Source of the DNA: Pseudomonadota bacterium
GTDB lineage: Bacteria; Pseudomonadota; Gammaproteobacteria; Arenicellales; Poriferihabitantaceae
Assembly: GCA_039029455.1 (NCBI GenBank)
Contig: JBCCGE010000001.1
Location: 90,136-154,135 of the forward strand
DNA length: 64,000 bases
Direction of reading: 5' to 3'
A model generated the notes under the pieces. The model was not told the origin of the DNA. It did no database searches and worked only from the letters and a program-made list of their open reading frames with translations. Below, piece by piece: positions 48,119 to 57,082 of the stretch (positions within the stretch are counted from its first letter, which is position 1; each line of letters begins with the position of its first letter). The translations under genes were made by a program, and so were the position numbers.

Positions 48119-49081
48119 ATGAATACGGATAGCATGAGTAAATCGATCGGTCTCCATGCGGCGGTGATCTTAGTGCTGTTTTTGCTGCAGTTTGTTCTTC
48201 CGGAATATCACCATCTTTCGGTTACCCGAATCATGCTGCTGGCCGTTTTCGCTATGGGATTCAATCTGTTATTCGGGTATTCGGGTCTGTTGAGCCTGGG
48301 GCACGCCATGTTCTTTGCATCGGGAATGTACGGCGCGGGACTTGCCGCCTATCACCTATCGTGGTCGGTTCCGGTTTCCTTTTTCTTTGGTATCGGGTGC
48401 GGTTTTTTGCTCTCACTGGTGCTGGGTGCGATTGCATTGCGGACTACCGGTGTCGCTTTCATGATCGTGACATTGATGTTCTCTCAGGTCGCCTATCTGG
48501 TCATCGTGTATTTCACGACCTACACCCGCGGTGATGAGGGCCTGGTTATGCCGGAGGCTGCACGGAGTTTTGGATTTCTGGGCAGAGAGTTCCTGCTGAC
48601 CGACCCGATGACACGCTACAACCTGGCGCTGATATTGCTGGCGTTGAGTATGCTCATTGTCATTCTGCTGGTGCGTGGCAGATTCGGTCGATCCCTTGTC
48701 GCGATTCGGGAGAACGAGTCCCGAACTCGAATGCTCGGCTTCAACACTTATGCAATCAAGCTCAAAGCGCTGACCGCTTCGGGCACGATATCCGCTTCAG
48801 CCGGTGCGGCCTACGCATTGATGTTCGCCTATATTGGATCGTCTTTTGCCACTATTCAGTACTCCATCGATCCGCTGCTCTACACGCTGCTGGGAGGTGC
48901 CGGGACGGTCCTGGGTCCGGTTCTGGGCACCTTTTTGATGTTCTACCTGATCGATATCGCCAGCGAATATACGACCGCCTATTTGCTGGTTGCAGGGATA
49001 ATTCTGGTGTTACTGGTGCTGTTCTTCCCACGCGGATTATTGGGCACGCTGAAGGAGAAATGGATTCGGTGGTTGCCATGA
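48119..49081 (+). CDS. ABC permease, LivM-like
   Basis: GLLSLGHA.F, FGRSLVAIRENE, LLGGAGT..GP. Confidence 0.9.
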   Translation: MNTDSMSKSIGLHAAVILVLFLLQFVLPEYHHLSVTRIMLLAVFAMGFNLLFGYSGLLSLGHAMFFASGMYGAGLAAYHLSWSVPVSFFFGIGCGFLLSLVLGAIALRTTGVAFMIVTLMFSQVAYLVIVYFTTYTRGDEGLVMPEAARSFGFLGREFLLTDPMTRYNLALILLALSMLIVILLVRGRFGRSLVAIRENESRTRMLGFNTYAIKLKALTASGTISASAGAAYALMFAYIGSSFATIQYSIDPLLYTLLGGAGTVLGPVLGTFLMFYLIDIASEYTTAYLLVAGIILVLLVLFFPRGLLGTLKEKWIRWLP

Positions 49082-49785
49082 CATTACTCAAAGCACATTC
49101 GGTTTCCAGGCAGTTTGGCGGACTCAAAGCCGTTGACGGTGTTGATTTCGAGCTGCAACAGGGAGAGATCAGGGCCATTATCGGTCCGAACGGCGCCGGT
49201 AAAACGACTTTTGTCAGTCTGTTGTGCGGTCGGCTGGAAGTGTCTGACGGTCGAATCGTATTCGACCAGGAGGACATCACGAATCTGCCGGCTTATCAGC
49301 GCGCACGCCGCGGTATCGCCTACACGTTCCAGATCACCAGTATTTATCCCCGATTGACTGCGTATGAAAATGTGGCTATCGCGGCACAGAATGCGCTTCA
49401 ACAGGACCAAAGCGTCCACGAACGTGCCGTTCAGGCGATGGAGAGTGCCGGCATTGCCCATCTTGGAAAGGAGCGCGCAGGGGATCTCGCCTACGGCCAT
49501 CAGCGGGTGCTTGAAGTCACAATGGGGCTGGCGATGTCACCGAGACTGTTGATTCTTGACGAGCCGACTCAGGGTCTGTCCGATGGAGAAATCGACCAGT
49601 TTTGCCGTCTTGTCAGGCAGGTGAGTGAACGCGCCACTGTGTTACTGATCGAACACAATATGCAGGTTGTCATGACGCTGGCACAAACTATTACCGTCAT
49701 GGATCAGGGTCGGATACTGGCACAGGGGCGCCCCGAAGAAATACAGAACGATGCGGCTGTGCAGGCAGCGTATCTGGGCACATGA
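49078..49785 (+). CDS. ABC ATPase, LivG-like
   Basis: GPNGAGKTT, LILDEP, IEHNM; ATG 49078 overlaps the previous stop. Confidence 0.9.
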   Translation: MTLLKAHSVSRQFGGLKAVDGVDFELQQGEIRAIIGPNGAGKTTFVSLLCGRLEVSDGRIVFDQEDITNLPAYQRARRGIAYTFQITSIYPRLTAYENVAIAAQNALQQDQSVHERAVQAMESAGIAHLGKERAGDLAYGHQRVLEVTMGLAMSPRLLILDEPTQGLSDGEIDQFCRLVRQVSERATVLLIEHNMQVVMTLAQTITVMDQGRILAQGRPEEIQNDAAVQAAYLGT

Positions 49786-50477
49786 TCCTGCAGATCAAAT
49801 CGTTGAACAGTTACTACGGGAACGTGCATGTTCTCCGTGATCTGGAGCTGACCGTTTCGCCCGGTGAGGTGCTGTGCATGCTTGGCCGCAACGGCGCCGG
49901 TAAGACCACAATTTTAAAATCGGTGATGGGTCTGGTGCGGATGCAGGGTTCCGTCACTATGGGTGGTCATGAAATCGCTCAGTTGCCACCCCACGAGATA
50001 CCCAAAATGGGGGTTGGCTATGTGCCCCAGGGTCGTCGATTGTTCTCGGAGTTGACTGTTGAAGAAAATCTGGAAATCGGTTTGATGGTTCGAAAGCAGG
50101 GCAGGTCCACTCTCGACTCGGTGTTTGAGTTGTTCCCGGTGCTTGAGCAGCGATTGCGACAGGTCTCCGGCACATTGAGCGGGGGCGAGCAGCAAATGCT
50201 GGCGATGGCACGCGCGCTTTGTATTCAGCCTGGTGTATTGCTGCTTGATGAACCCACTGAGGGTCTTATGCCGTCGATGATCAGGACCATAAGAGACTCT
50301 ATCAAGACTTTGCGCGAGAGGGGTGTGGCAATACTTCTGGTGGAACAACGTGTGGATGCGGTGTTACCCGTAGCCGATCGGGTCGCATTTATTGAGAGCG
50401 GATCGCTGCAGGCGGAAGTTACCTCACAACAGCTCGGTGATCAGCCCGAACTCATACATCGCTACATCGGTATCTGA
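49782..50477 (+). CDS. ABC ATPase, LivF-like
   Basis: GRNGAGKTT, LSGGEQQMLAMAR, LLDEP, VEQ. Confidence 0.9.
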   Translation: MILQIKSLNSYYGNVHVLRDLELTVSPGEVLCMLGRNGAGKTTILKSVMGLVRMQGSVTMGGHEIAQLPPHEIPKMGVGYVPQGRRLFSELTVEENLEIGLMVRKQGRSTLDSVFELFPVLEQRLRQVSGTLSGGEQQMLAMARALCIQPGVLLLDEPTEGLMPSMIRTIRDSIKTLRERGVAILLVEQRVDAVLPVADRVAFIESGSLQAEVTSQQLGDQPELIHRYIGI

Positions 50478-50506
50478 GAACCAGCGTTTACAAACGCGAT
50501 TGCGTG

Positions 50507-51130
50507 CTAATTTGAGAGCGTTTCGACCAGCGTGATTCCGGCTGACTTCATCACATCCAACTGTGTCGCCAGTGAGCCGTTCAGATCAATTGCGCGACAG
50601 GCCGGCAGCACTACGGTGGTGTCCAGTCCCAGCTGCGCCGCATCCACCGCCGACCAGGCGACGCAGTAATCCGTTGCCAGCCCGACCATAACCACTTTGC
50701 TGATCTGACGATCTTTTAAATACCCGTATAAACCGGTTGAGGTTTTGTGGTCGTTTTCGAAGAAGGCTGAATAGCTGTCAATTTCCGGGCGGAAGCCTTT
50801 TCTAACCACCATCTGGCAGGCGTTGGTGTCAAGGTCGGCGTGAAATTCAGCACCCGCACTGCCAATTACGCAGTGAACGGGCCACAACACCTGGGGACCG
50901 TAGTCCAGTTCGATGGTTTCAAACGGCTCTCGGCCGGGTTGATTGGTGGCGAAGCTGACGTGCTCTTCGGGATGCCAGTCCTGAGTAAAAATTACCGTTT
51001 TGAATTTTTGCATCATCGCGTTGATGGGTGCGACGATCTCGTCACCCCGATCAACGGCAAGCGAGCCACCCGGGCAAAAGTCGTTTTGTACATCGATTAC
51101 AATCAGCGCCGTATCGTTTGTGGTGTTCAT
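50507..51130 (-). CDS. pncA: Nicotinamidase/pyrazinamidase
   Basis: IDVQNDFCPGGSLAV, QDWHP, WPVHCV, DSYSAF, LATDYCV. Confidence 0.95.
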   Translation of the reverse strand: MNTTNDTALIVIDVQNDFCPGGSLAVDRGDEIVAPINAMMQKFKTVIFTQDWHPEEHVSFATNQPGREPFETIELDYGPQVLWPVHCVIGSAGAEFHADLDTNACQMVVRKGFRPEIDSYSAFFENDHKTSTGLYGYLKDRQISKVVMVGLATDYCVAWSAVDAAQLGLDTTVVLPACRAIDLNGSLATQLDVMKSAGITLVETLSN

Positions 51131-51144
51131 CAAGACGTCTCATA

Positions 51145-52620
51145 GTGAATGCAAACATTATACCGAAGTCCCCTTTGTTGATTTTGCGATTTCCATTGCC
51201 ACTCCTGCTGATCCTTGCGGTCGCGTTACCGAATTCGGTTTACGCGCACAGCGCTGAGCGCGGACTGGTCATGCTGTTGCCAACCGGCTACTACGTGGTC
51301 GGTGGTGCATTGGCTGTATTGGTGTCTTTTTGTCTGCTGGCTTTTGGTCGCGAGCAGTGGCTGCACAGACTTGCGCAATGCCGTGTTGCAATCACTTCTT
51401 CACGAGTGTTTTCAAATCACTGGTGCAGCTGGGCATCGGCCGTGTTCCTGGGTTTACTGATCGTTGCCGGGTACACCGGTTCATCCGATCCACTGTCCAA
51501 TCCTCTGCCGCTGGTCATCTGGACCGTTTGGTGGGTTGGTATTGTGATTCTCCATTGCGTGTTCGGAAACCTTTGGTATTACATCAATCCCTGGTCGGGT
51601 CCACTGCAGAGTGTGGCAAATTATGTGAAGGCACTTCCCGGATTAGCGCTTCCGAAAAAGCTGGGCTACAGCGTTGCCATTGTGCAGTTCTTTGGTTTTG
51701 CATTGTTTGAACTTGTCGATCTTGCGCCTGAAGATCCCCGTCGGCTGGCCACGGCTGTATTGTGCTATTGGTCTTTTAATTTTCTGGCCATGATAATTTT
51801 CGGAGAACGTGACTGGCGTCAGCGCGCCGAACCATTCTCGATATTTTTCAGATTGCTCGGGGCGTGTGCGCCTCTTGTCTGGACAGACGAGGGAAAAAGT
51901 GAATCGAACCATGAGCAAATATCTGTGTCACTGTCGTGGCCCGGATCGGGACTACTGACTTTGCCTGCTCTGCCGATATCCGGGGTCGTCTTTGTCCTGA
52001 CCACGCTATCGGCTGTTTCATTCGACGGCTTTGCCCGGACCTTTGCCTGGCTCGGCTGGATCAATGTAAACCCTCTTGAATTTCCGGGACGGAGTGCGGT
52101 TCAGCTCAGCAACGCGGCAGGCTTGCTCATGAGCTCGCTGCTGCTGACAGGTGTGTTCATCATTGTCGTCTATGCAGGCTGGCGCTTTGCAGATCGGTCG
52201 GCATCGACCCAGCTGATCGATTGGCGTCAAGCTACGGGGCGTTTGGTGTACTCGATTATTCCTATTTCAATAGCCTTTCATATTGCCCACTACCTGACAG
52301 TATTGCTGGTGAATGGTCAGTACGCTCTGATAGCGTTTATTGACCCGTTCAATCTTGGTTGGGGGCATTCCGACCATGGTTGGCATGTGACGACATCGTT
52401 TCTGAACAATCTCGACAGTGTTCGAATGCTTTGGAATTTGCAGACCGCAGTCATTGTACTGGGTCATATCGTCGGTATTGGGGTGGCCCATTTGATTGCG
52501 ATTGAAATGACTCGTAACGATTTAAGGTTGGCCACACAAAGTCAGCTTTTTCTGGCGTTGTTAATGGTTGGCTATACCGTGTTTGGATTATGGCTGCTGT
52601 CCACCGCGTCGATCGGTTAG
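51145..52620 (+). CDS. Conserved multi-pass membrane protein of unknown function; start uncertain
   Basis: Signal-like segment ending AH, LLPT.YY, many TM segments, PI..A.H.AHY motif. Confidence 0.75.
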   Translation: MNANIIPKSPLLILRFPLPLLLILAVALPNSVYAHSAERGLVMLLPTGYYVVGGALAVLVSFCLLAFGREQWLHRLAQCRVAITSSRVFSNHWCSWASAVFLGLLIVAGYTGSSDPLSNPLPLVIWTVWWVGIVILHCVFGNLWYYINPWSGPLQSVANYVKALPGLALPKKLGYSVAIVQFFGFALFELVDLAPEDPRRLATAVLCYWSFNFLAMIIFGERDWRQRAEPFSIFFRLLGACAPLVWTDEGKSESNHEQISVSLSWPGSGLLTLPALPISGVVFVLTTLSAVSFDGFARTFAWLGWINVNPLEFPGRSAVQLSNAAGLLMSSLLLTGVFIIVVYAGWRFADRSASTQLIDWRQATGRLVYSIIPISIAFHIAHYLTVLLVNGQYALIAFIDPFNLGWGHSDHGWHVTTSFLNNLDSVRMLWNLQTAVIVLGHIVGIGVAHLIAIEMTRNDLRLATQSQLFLALLMVGYTVFGLWLLSTASIG

Positions 52621-52775
52621 TTGTTTTCGCCGGTTTGGTCTTGGGTGTGGAGAGGGGATTCAGATTTTAAGCGCGGTATTGATGTTTTTGCGACAGGCTA
52701 ACGCAGTGTAAAAAGGTACAATACGCCGCACTTCCGTATGTCTATTTGCGAGCACTGATCGTGATTTATACACAC

Positions 52776-54074
52776 ATGACAGACATCGCCACGCGAGTCT
52801 ATAACCATACCTTTAAGCTTGATCCGGTATATCGAAGCCTGCTGGATACGGATATCTATAAACTATTGATGCTGCAGACCATCTGGAAGGAGAACAAAAA
52901 AGTCCCGGTAACCTTTTCACTGATAAATCGCAGCAAATCAGTAGAGCTTGCCAACGAGGTTGATACAGTTGAATTGAGGGAGCAACTGGATCACGCGCGC
53001 ACGATAAAACTCACCAACAAGGAGTATGTGTGGCTGGCAGGTAATACGTTTTACGGTAAGAAAAGATTGTTTGGTGAAGACTTTCTGACCTGGCTGCAGG
53101 ACTATACGTTACCGGACTACGAGATAAGAACCCAAAACGGTCAGTACTTCATCGATTTTGAAGGCAACTGGGCGGACGTTACCTTGTGGGAGATACCGGT
53201 GTTGTCGATTATCAGCGAGCTTCGTTCACGGTCCGCTTTGTCGACGGTGAGGCGATTTGAGCTTGATGTGCTGTACGCACGCGCGAAAGCAAAAATGTGG
53301 GAGAAGGTTGTGCGATTAAAGGCTTTGCCGGATCTGAAGATTGCAGATTTTGGAACGCGCAGGCGACACAGCTTTTTGTGGCAGCGCTGGTGCATAGCGG
53401 CGATGAAAGAAGGCCTCGGCGATGCCTTTATCGGCACCAGCAATATCCTTATGGCGATGGAGCTTGATCTGGACGCGATAGGAACCAATGCTCATGAACT
53501 GCCAATGGTTCAGGCGACACTTTCGAACTCCGACGAAGAGCTGCTGCATTCGCCGTATGCTGTTCTGGAGCACTGGCAACAGACCTACGACGGCAACCTT
53601 CTGATCGTGTTGCCCGACACCTATGGCACCACCACGTTTCTGAAACATGCGCCCGACTGGGTCGCGGAATGGAGCGGCTTCAGAATCGATTCCAAGGAGC
53701 CGATTGCCGGCGGTGAGGAGTTGATTGCATGGTGGAAAGATCGTGGTGTGGACCCGCGAGAGAAACTGTTGATTTTTTCAGATGGACTGGATGTGGACAC
53801 CATCGAACGTTGTTACAAGCAGTTCAATGGCCGCGTTAGGCTCAGTTTTGGCTGGGGGACGCATCTGACCAACGACTTTGAGGACTGTGCGCCCCGAATG
53901 AACAACCAGCTTCGGGCAATTTCGCTGGTCTGTAAGGTTACCCAGGCTAACGGTCAGCCTACAGTAAAACTGTCGGACAACTTATCTAAAGCGACCGGTC
54001 CGGCGGAAGACATCGAGCGCTACAAGGGAATCTTTGGTATTGAAAACATCGGCGACGATAAAGTTCTGGTCTGA
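52776..54074 (+). CDS. pncB: Nicotinate phosphoribosyltransferase
   Basis: [53 protein letters not shown]. Confidence 0.95.
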   Translation: MTDIATRVYNHTFKLDPVYRSLLDTDIYKLLMLQTIWKENKKVPVTFSLINRSKSVELANEVDTVELREQLDHARTIKLTNKEYVWLAGNTFYGKKRLFGEDFLTWLQDYTLPDYEIRTQNGQYFIDFEGNWADVTLWEIPVLSIISELRSRSALSTVRRFELDVLYARAKAKMWEKVVRLKALPDLKIADFGTRRRHSFLWQRWCIAAMKEGLGDAFIGTSNILMAMELDLDAIGTNAHELPMVQATLSNSDEELLHSPYAVLEHWQQTYDGNLLIVLPDTYGTTTFLKHAPDWVAEWSGFRIDSKEPIAGGEELIAWWKDRGVDPREKLLIFSDGLDVDTIERCYKQFNGRVRLSFGWGTHLTNDFEDCAPRMNNQLRAISLVCKVTQANGQPTVKLSDNLSKATGPAEDIERYKGIFGIENIGDDKVLV

Positions 54075-54326
54075 TGACCGGGTTCCGGCTTGCAATGTTC
54101 ATATTGCGATTTCTCCCTGAAAACTACTGCAACCGTTACAAACGTGGTTCTTGAACCACAACGTCGGGATTGATGGTTAGCTTGTCCTGATCCGGTAGGT
54201 CAGATCGATGGCTTAAGCACTCCAATTTAGTTACCTGGAGTTGTTGTAGAGGGCGAAAGTTGATCTATGATCGCGAGAAGAAAACTGATCAACTTTCCCA
54301 CCTGGTTCTCGATACTTCGATCACAA

Positions 54327-55187
54327 TCAGACCGTAAGATATCCCGCGTAGATCATCTGATCCAGATTGTTCGCCACGTAGATTCTGTGTCGTCCACCCC
54401 ATGGTACCGGGTTCCAGGGTGTGTCGGGGTGATGAATTGTGTTTACGTCGCCAATTTTTCCGTCGTCCAGCCAGACCTGAGGTGCATGGGCGTGATCAAC
54501 TATATTGTCGAATGCGACAGCCTCTACCCCGGATGCCGTCCCCGGCAGGTTGCTGACGGCTATTTCATTCCCATAAGGACCGATAACCACAAGTTCATCG
54601 TTGTTTTTGTCAACAAAGGTATAACTCCAGGGGGATGCGGATACACCACGAATACTTCGTCCGGCATACTCACGTTCTCCGAGTTTAAAACCGGTCATGG
54701 TGCGCAGTTCGATCCATTGACTGTTTGATCGGGCAAAAAACAGTCCATTACATGCTAACCCGTCCGGTAACGACATGTGCGGGTCCGGCGCCAGGTTTCG
54801 AATCCCAGTTTCAAGTCCGGTGAGTGGATCAAAAGCAGTCAGCAAATCCGGAGTGTTTGTTCTGTATGAACACCAGATATGCTTTGTAAACGGGTTGTAT
54901 CCCATTCCGGATATGGTGTCGCGACCTGCAGGCGTAACGTGTCGCGTGTACTCGTCGCCATCAGCGAGGCTCAGATAAGCGACCTCATCCGAGCCCCCGC
55001 CCTGTGTCAGAAAAGCAAGGGCCGGATCACCTGAAAGTTCACAGACCGTGAGTGCTGTCGCAACCATGTTCGGCGGATTACCAGACGAAACCGGGAATGC
55101 AAATTCATGTGTTGACTCCCATTGCAGTTGAGTAATCGACATAGGTTTCTCCTCAAAGATATTGACAGTCGGAATCGTAACGGACAA
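54327..55187 (-). CDS. Hypothetical beta-rich protein, possible beta-propeller; start uncertain (ATG ~55142)
   Basis: Long ORF with ISGMGYNP...IW, GLACNG, AVAFD, IYVANN blade-like motifs. Confidence 0.6.
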   Translation of the reverse strand: MSVTIPTVNIFEEKPMSITQLQWESTHEFAFPVSSGNPPNMVATALTVCELSGDPALAFLTQGGGSDEVAYLSLADGDEYTRHVTPAGRDTISGMGYNPFTKHIWCSYRTNTPDLLTAFDPLTGLETGIRNLAPDPHMSLPDGLACNGLFFARSNSQWIELRTMTGFKLGEREYAGRSIRGVSASPWSYTFVDKNNDELVVIGPYGNEIAVSNLPGTASGVEAVAFDNIVDHAHAPQVWLDDGKIGDVNTIHHPDTPWNPVPWGGRHRIYVANNLDQMIYAGYLTV

Positions 55188-55508
55188 CAGAAATCGATTC
55201 TGTGACCGATATCACAGACCTGTTGAAAGCGATTAAACGGATCGACAGAACATCAAGGGAATAGTGAAAAACACAGGTAATCAATGTGGCGTCAGATGCA
55301 GCGCTATAAACAGTATTGATCGATTTGAAACTGTCAACTACTAGCAGCTTGATGAATTTCAGATATGGCGAGCGAGCGTTCTTTGATTTTCCCTGTTTCG
55401 GTATTTTTCACGCTTTTGGTGTGACATCGATCACGGCATCCTTTGACGGCGCAAGGCAGTGTGATGCCCCCCAAACGGGAAACATAAAATTCACAAAGAG
55501 GGTAAATC

Positions 55509-56984
55509 ATGAAGATTCGAAAGATACAGGCTGCAATTTTGGCAACAGGGTTGGTTGGTGTGCTATCCGGTCACGCCGCACAGCTGGATGTATGCAGTGC
55601 ATGCGCGCACACCACGATCACCGACGCTGTGTCAGCTGCTGCATCCGGTGACGTAATATATATTCATAATGGCACATACAATGAGCACGACATAGTGATC
55701 GATAAGGAGCTTACTGTTAACGGTGAGTCACAAGCCGGTGTCGTGGTTGACGCCGGTGGCAATGGGCGACATTTCTCTGTAATGGACGCCGCAGGTGTAG
55801 CGCGCTTTTCAGAAATGACGCTGGAAAACGGCACCACAGTAGGAAGTTCAAATCCCTGCAACAATTTTGCGCACAATCGAGGCGGATCAATCTGCGCCGG
55901 CGACGTTGCGATGAAAATCTGGAAAGTAGCATTCAACGATAACTTTGCCGAGGCCATCGGCGGCGCTGTGTATATGGGAGGTGATACTGCGGGACAGTTC
56001 ACGACTGGAGTTTTGTCCATCAGTAAATCGATTTTTAACCACAACTCACTGGCCGGAACGACAAGCAATGGCGCTACAGGCGGTGCTGTAGCCTGCGGGT
56101 ATTGTGAGAGTGTTGAGATGTTTGGAAATGTCTTCAATCGAAATACGGCGGGTACCATGCCAACATCATCGGGGACCTACCACGGTCAGGGTGGAGCCGT
56201 AGGCATCTTTGGGGCTTCGAAGGTGCGAAGCGATCAGAATATCTTTAAATACAATCACGCAAAGCAAACCGGTGGCGCCGTCAACGTGTCCGCGACAAGC
56301 GCCACATTCACCAACGATTTCTTTTTCAAAAACCATGCTGATATACAGGCTGGAGCACTGCTGAGTGCAAATGCCGGTTCTGATCCAACCGTCACTCATA
56401 TCCGACGCTCGACGTTTGAGAAGAACTATTCCGAGCACGGAGGTGCGCTTGATGCTAGGTCCGAGGTGCGAATAGATAACAGCACGTTCACCGACAACTT
56501 CGCGGCCAGTAATGGTGCTGCGATCATCCAGTCGAGAGCCTATGAAACCTTCAAAGTGGCCAACACAACCTTCGTTCGAAACGAAGCGTATGGCGATGAT
56601 GGTGCCGTGATTTATTTCAGTTCCTTATATAACAGCGGGGACATTCGAATTGATAACTCGTTGTTCTTTGACAATCCTGACCCGGAGTGTCAGTTTGATT
56701 ACAACGATATCGCGGAAGGCGTGCACAATCTGGGGGACAGTTATTCCTGTGATCCGGCAAACGGTTCCGGCCTGCCGTTTATCTTAAGTGCAGCGACCGA
56801 TGTTAATCCAAACCTTGTAAACAACGGCGGCTTTACCAAGACTCACGAACTTTTGGCAGGCAGCAACGCCGTCGATACGGGCGCGAACAGTTGTCCAAGC
56901 GCAATCACGGGATCGCCTCTTGCAAACGACCAGCGCGGATTCAATCGACCCAAAAAATGTGACATCGGTTCTTACGAGCAGTAA
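55509..56984 (+). CDS. Secreted right-handed beta-helix protein with Pmp-like repeats and choice-of-anchor Q-like C-terminus
   Basis: Signal peptide, repeated F..N...GGA motifs, L.NNGG.T.TH.LL.GS.A.D.G...DQRG..R...CDIGSYE. Confidence 0.85.
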   Translation: MKIRKIQAAILATGLVGVLSGHAAQLDVCSACAHTTITDAVSAAASGDVIYIHNGTYNEHDIVIDKELTVNGESQAGVVVDAGGNGRHFSVMDAAGVARFSEMTLENGTTVGSSNPCNNFAHNRGGSICAGDVAMKIWKVAFNDNFAEAIGGAVYMGGDTAGQFTTGVLSISKSIFNHNSLAGTTSNGATGGAVACGYCESVEMFGNVFNRNTAGTMPTSSGTYHGQGGAVGIFGASKVRSDQNIFKYNHAKQTGGAVNVSATSATFTNDFFFKNHADIQAGALLSANAGSDPTVTHIRRSTFEKNYSEHGGALDARSEVRIDNSTFTDNFAASNGAAIIQSRAYETFKVANTTFVRNEAYGDDGAVIYFSSLYNSGDIRIDNSLFFDNPDPECQFDYNDIAEGVHNLGDSYSCDPANGSGLPFILSAATDVNPNLVNNGGFTKTHELLAGSNAVDTGANSCPSAITGSPLANDQRGFNRPKKCDIGSYEQ

Positions 56985-57045
56985 AAAACTGTGTGGCGCA
57001 AGTAAACTTGATTTCGTTTTGAGAAATCAGGTTGAGACTGACAGT

Positions 57046-57075
57046 GCAGGGGCGGATATATTTTCCGCCTCCTGC
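57046..57075. terminator. Hairpin between convergent genes
   Basis: GCAGGGGCGGA...TCCGCCTCCTGC inverted repeat with one bulge. Confidence 0.55.
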
Positions 57076-57082
57076 TTTATGT

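Noticed and set aside
51028-51145. Apparent overlap of pncA with the divergent membrane-protein ORF
   Set aside because: Artefact of longest-ORF calling; plausible starts at 51130 and 51145 or later remove the overlap.
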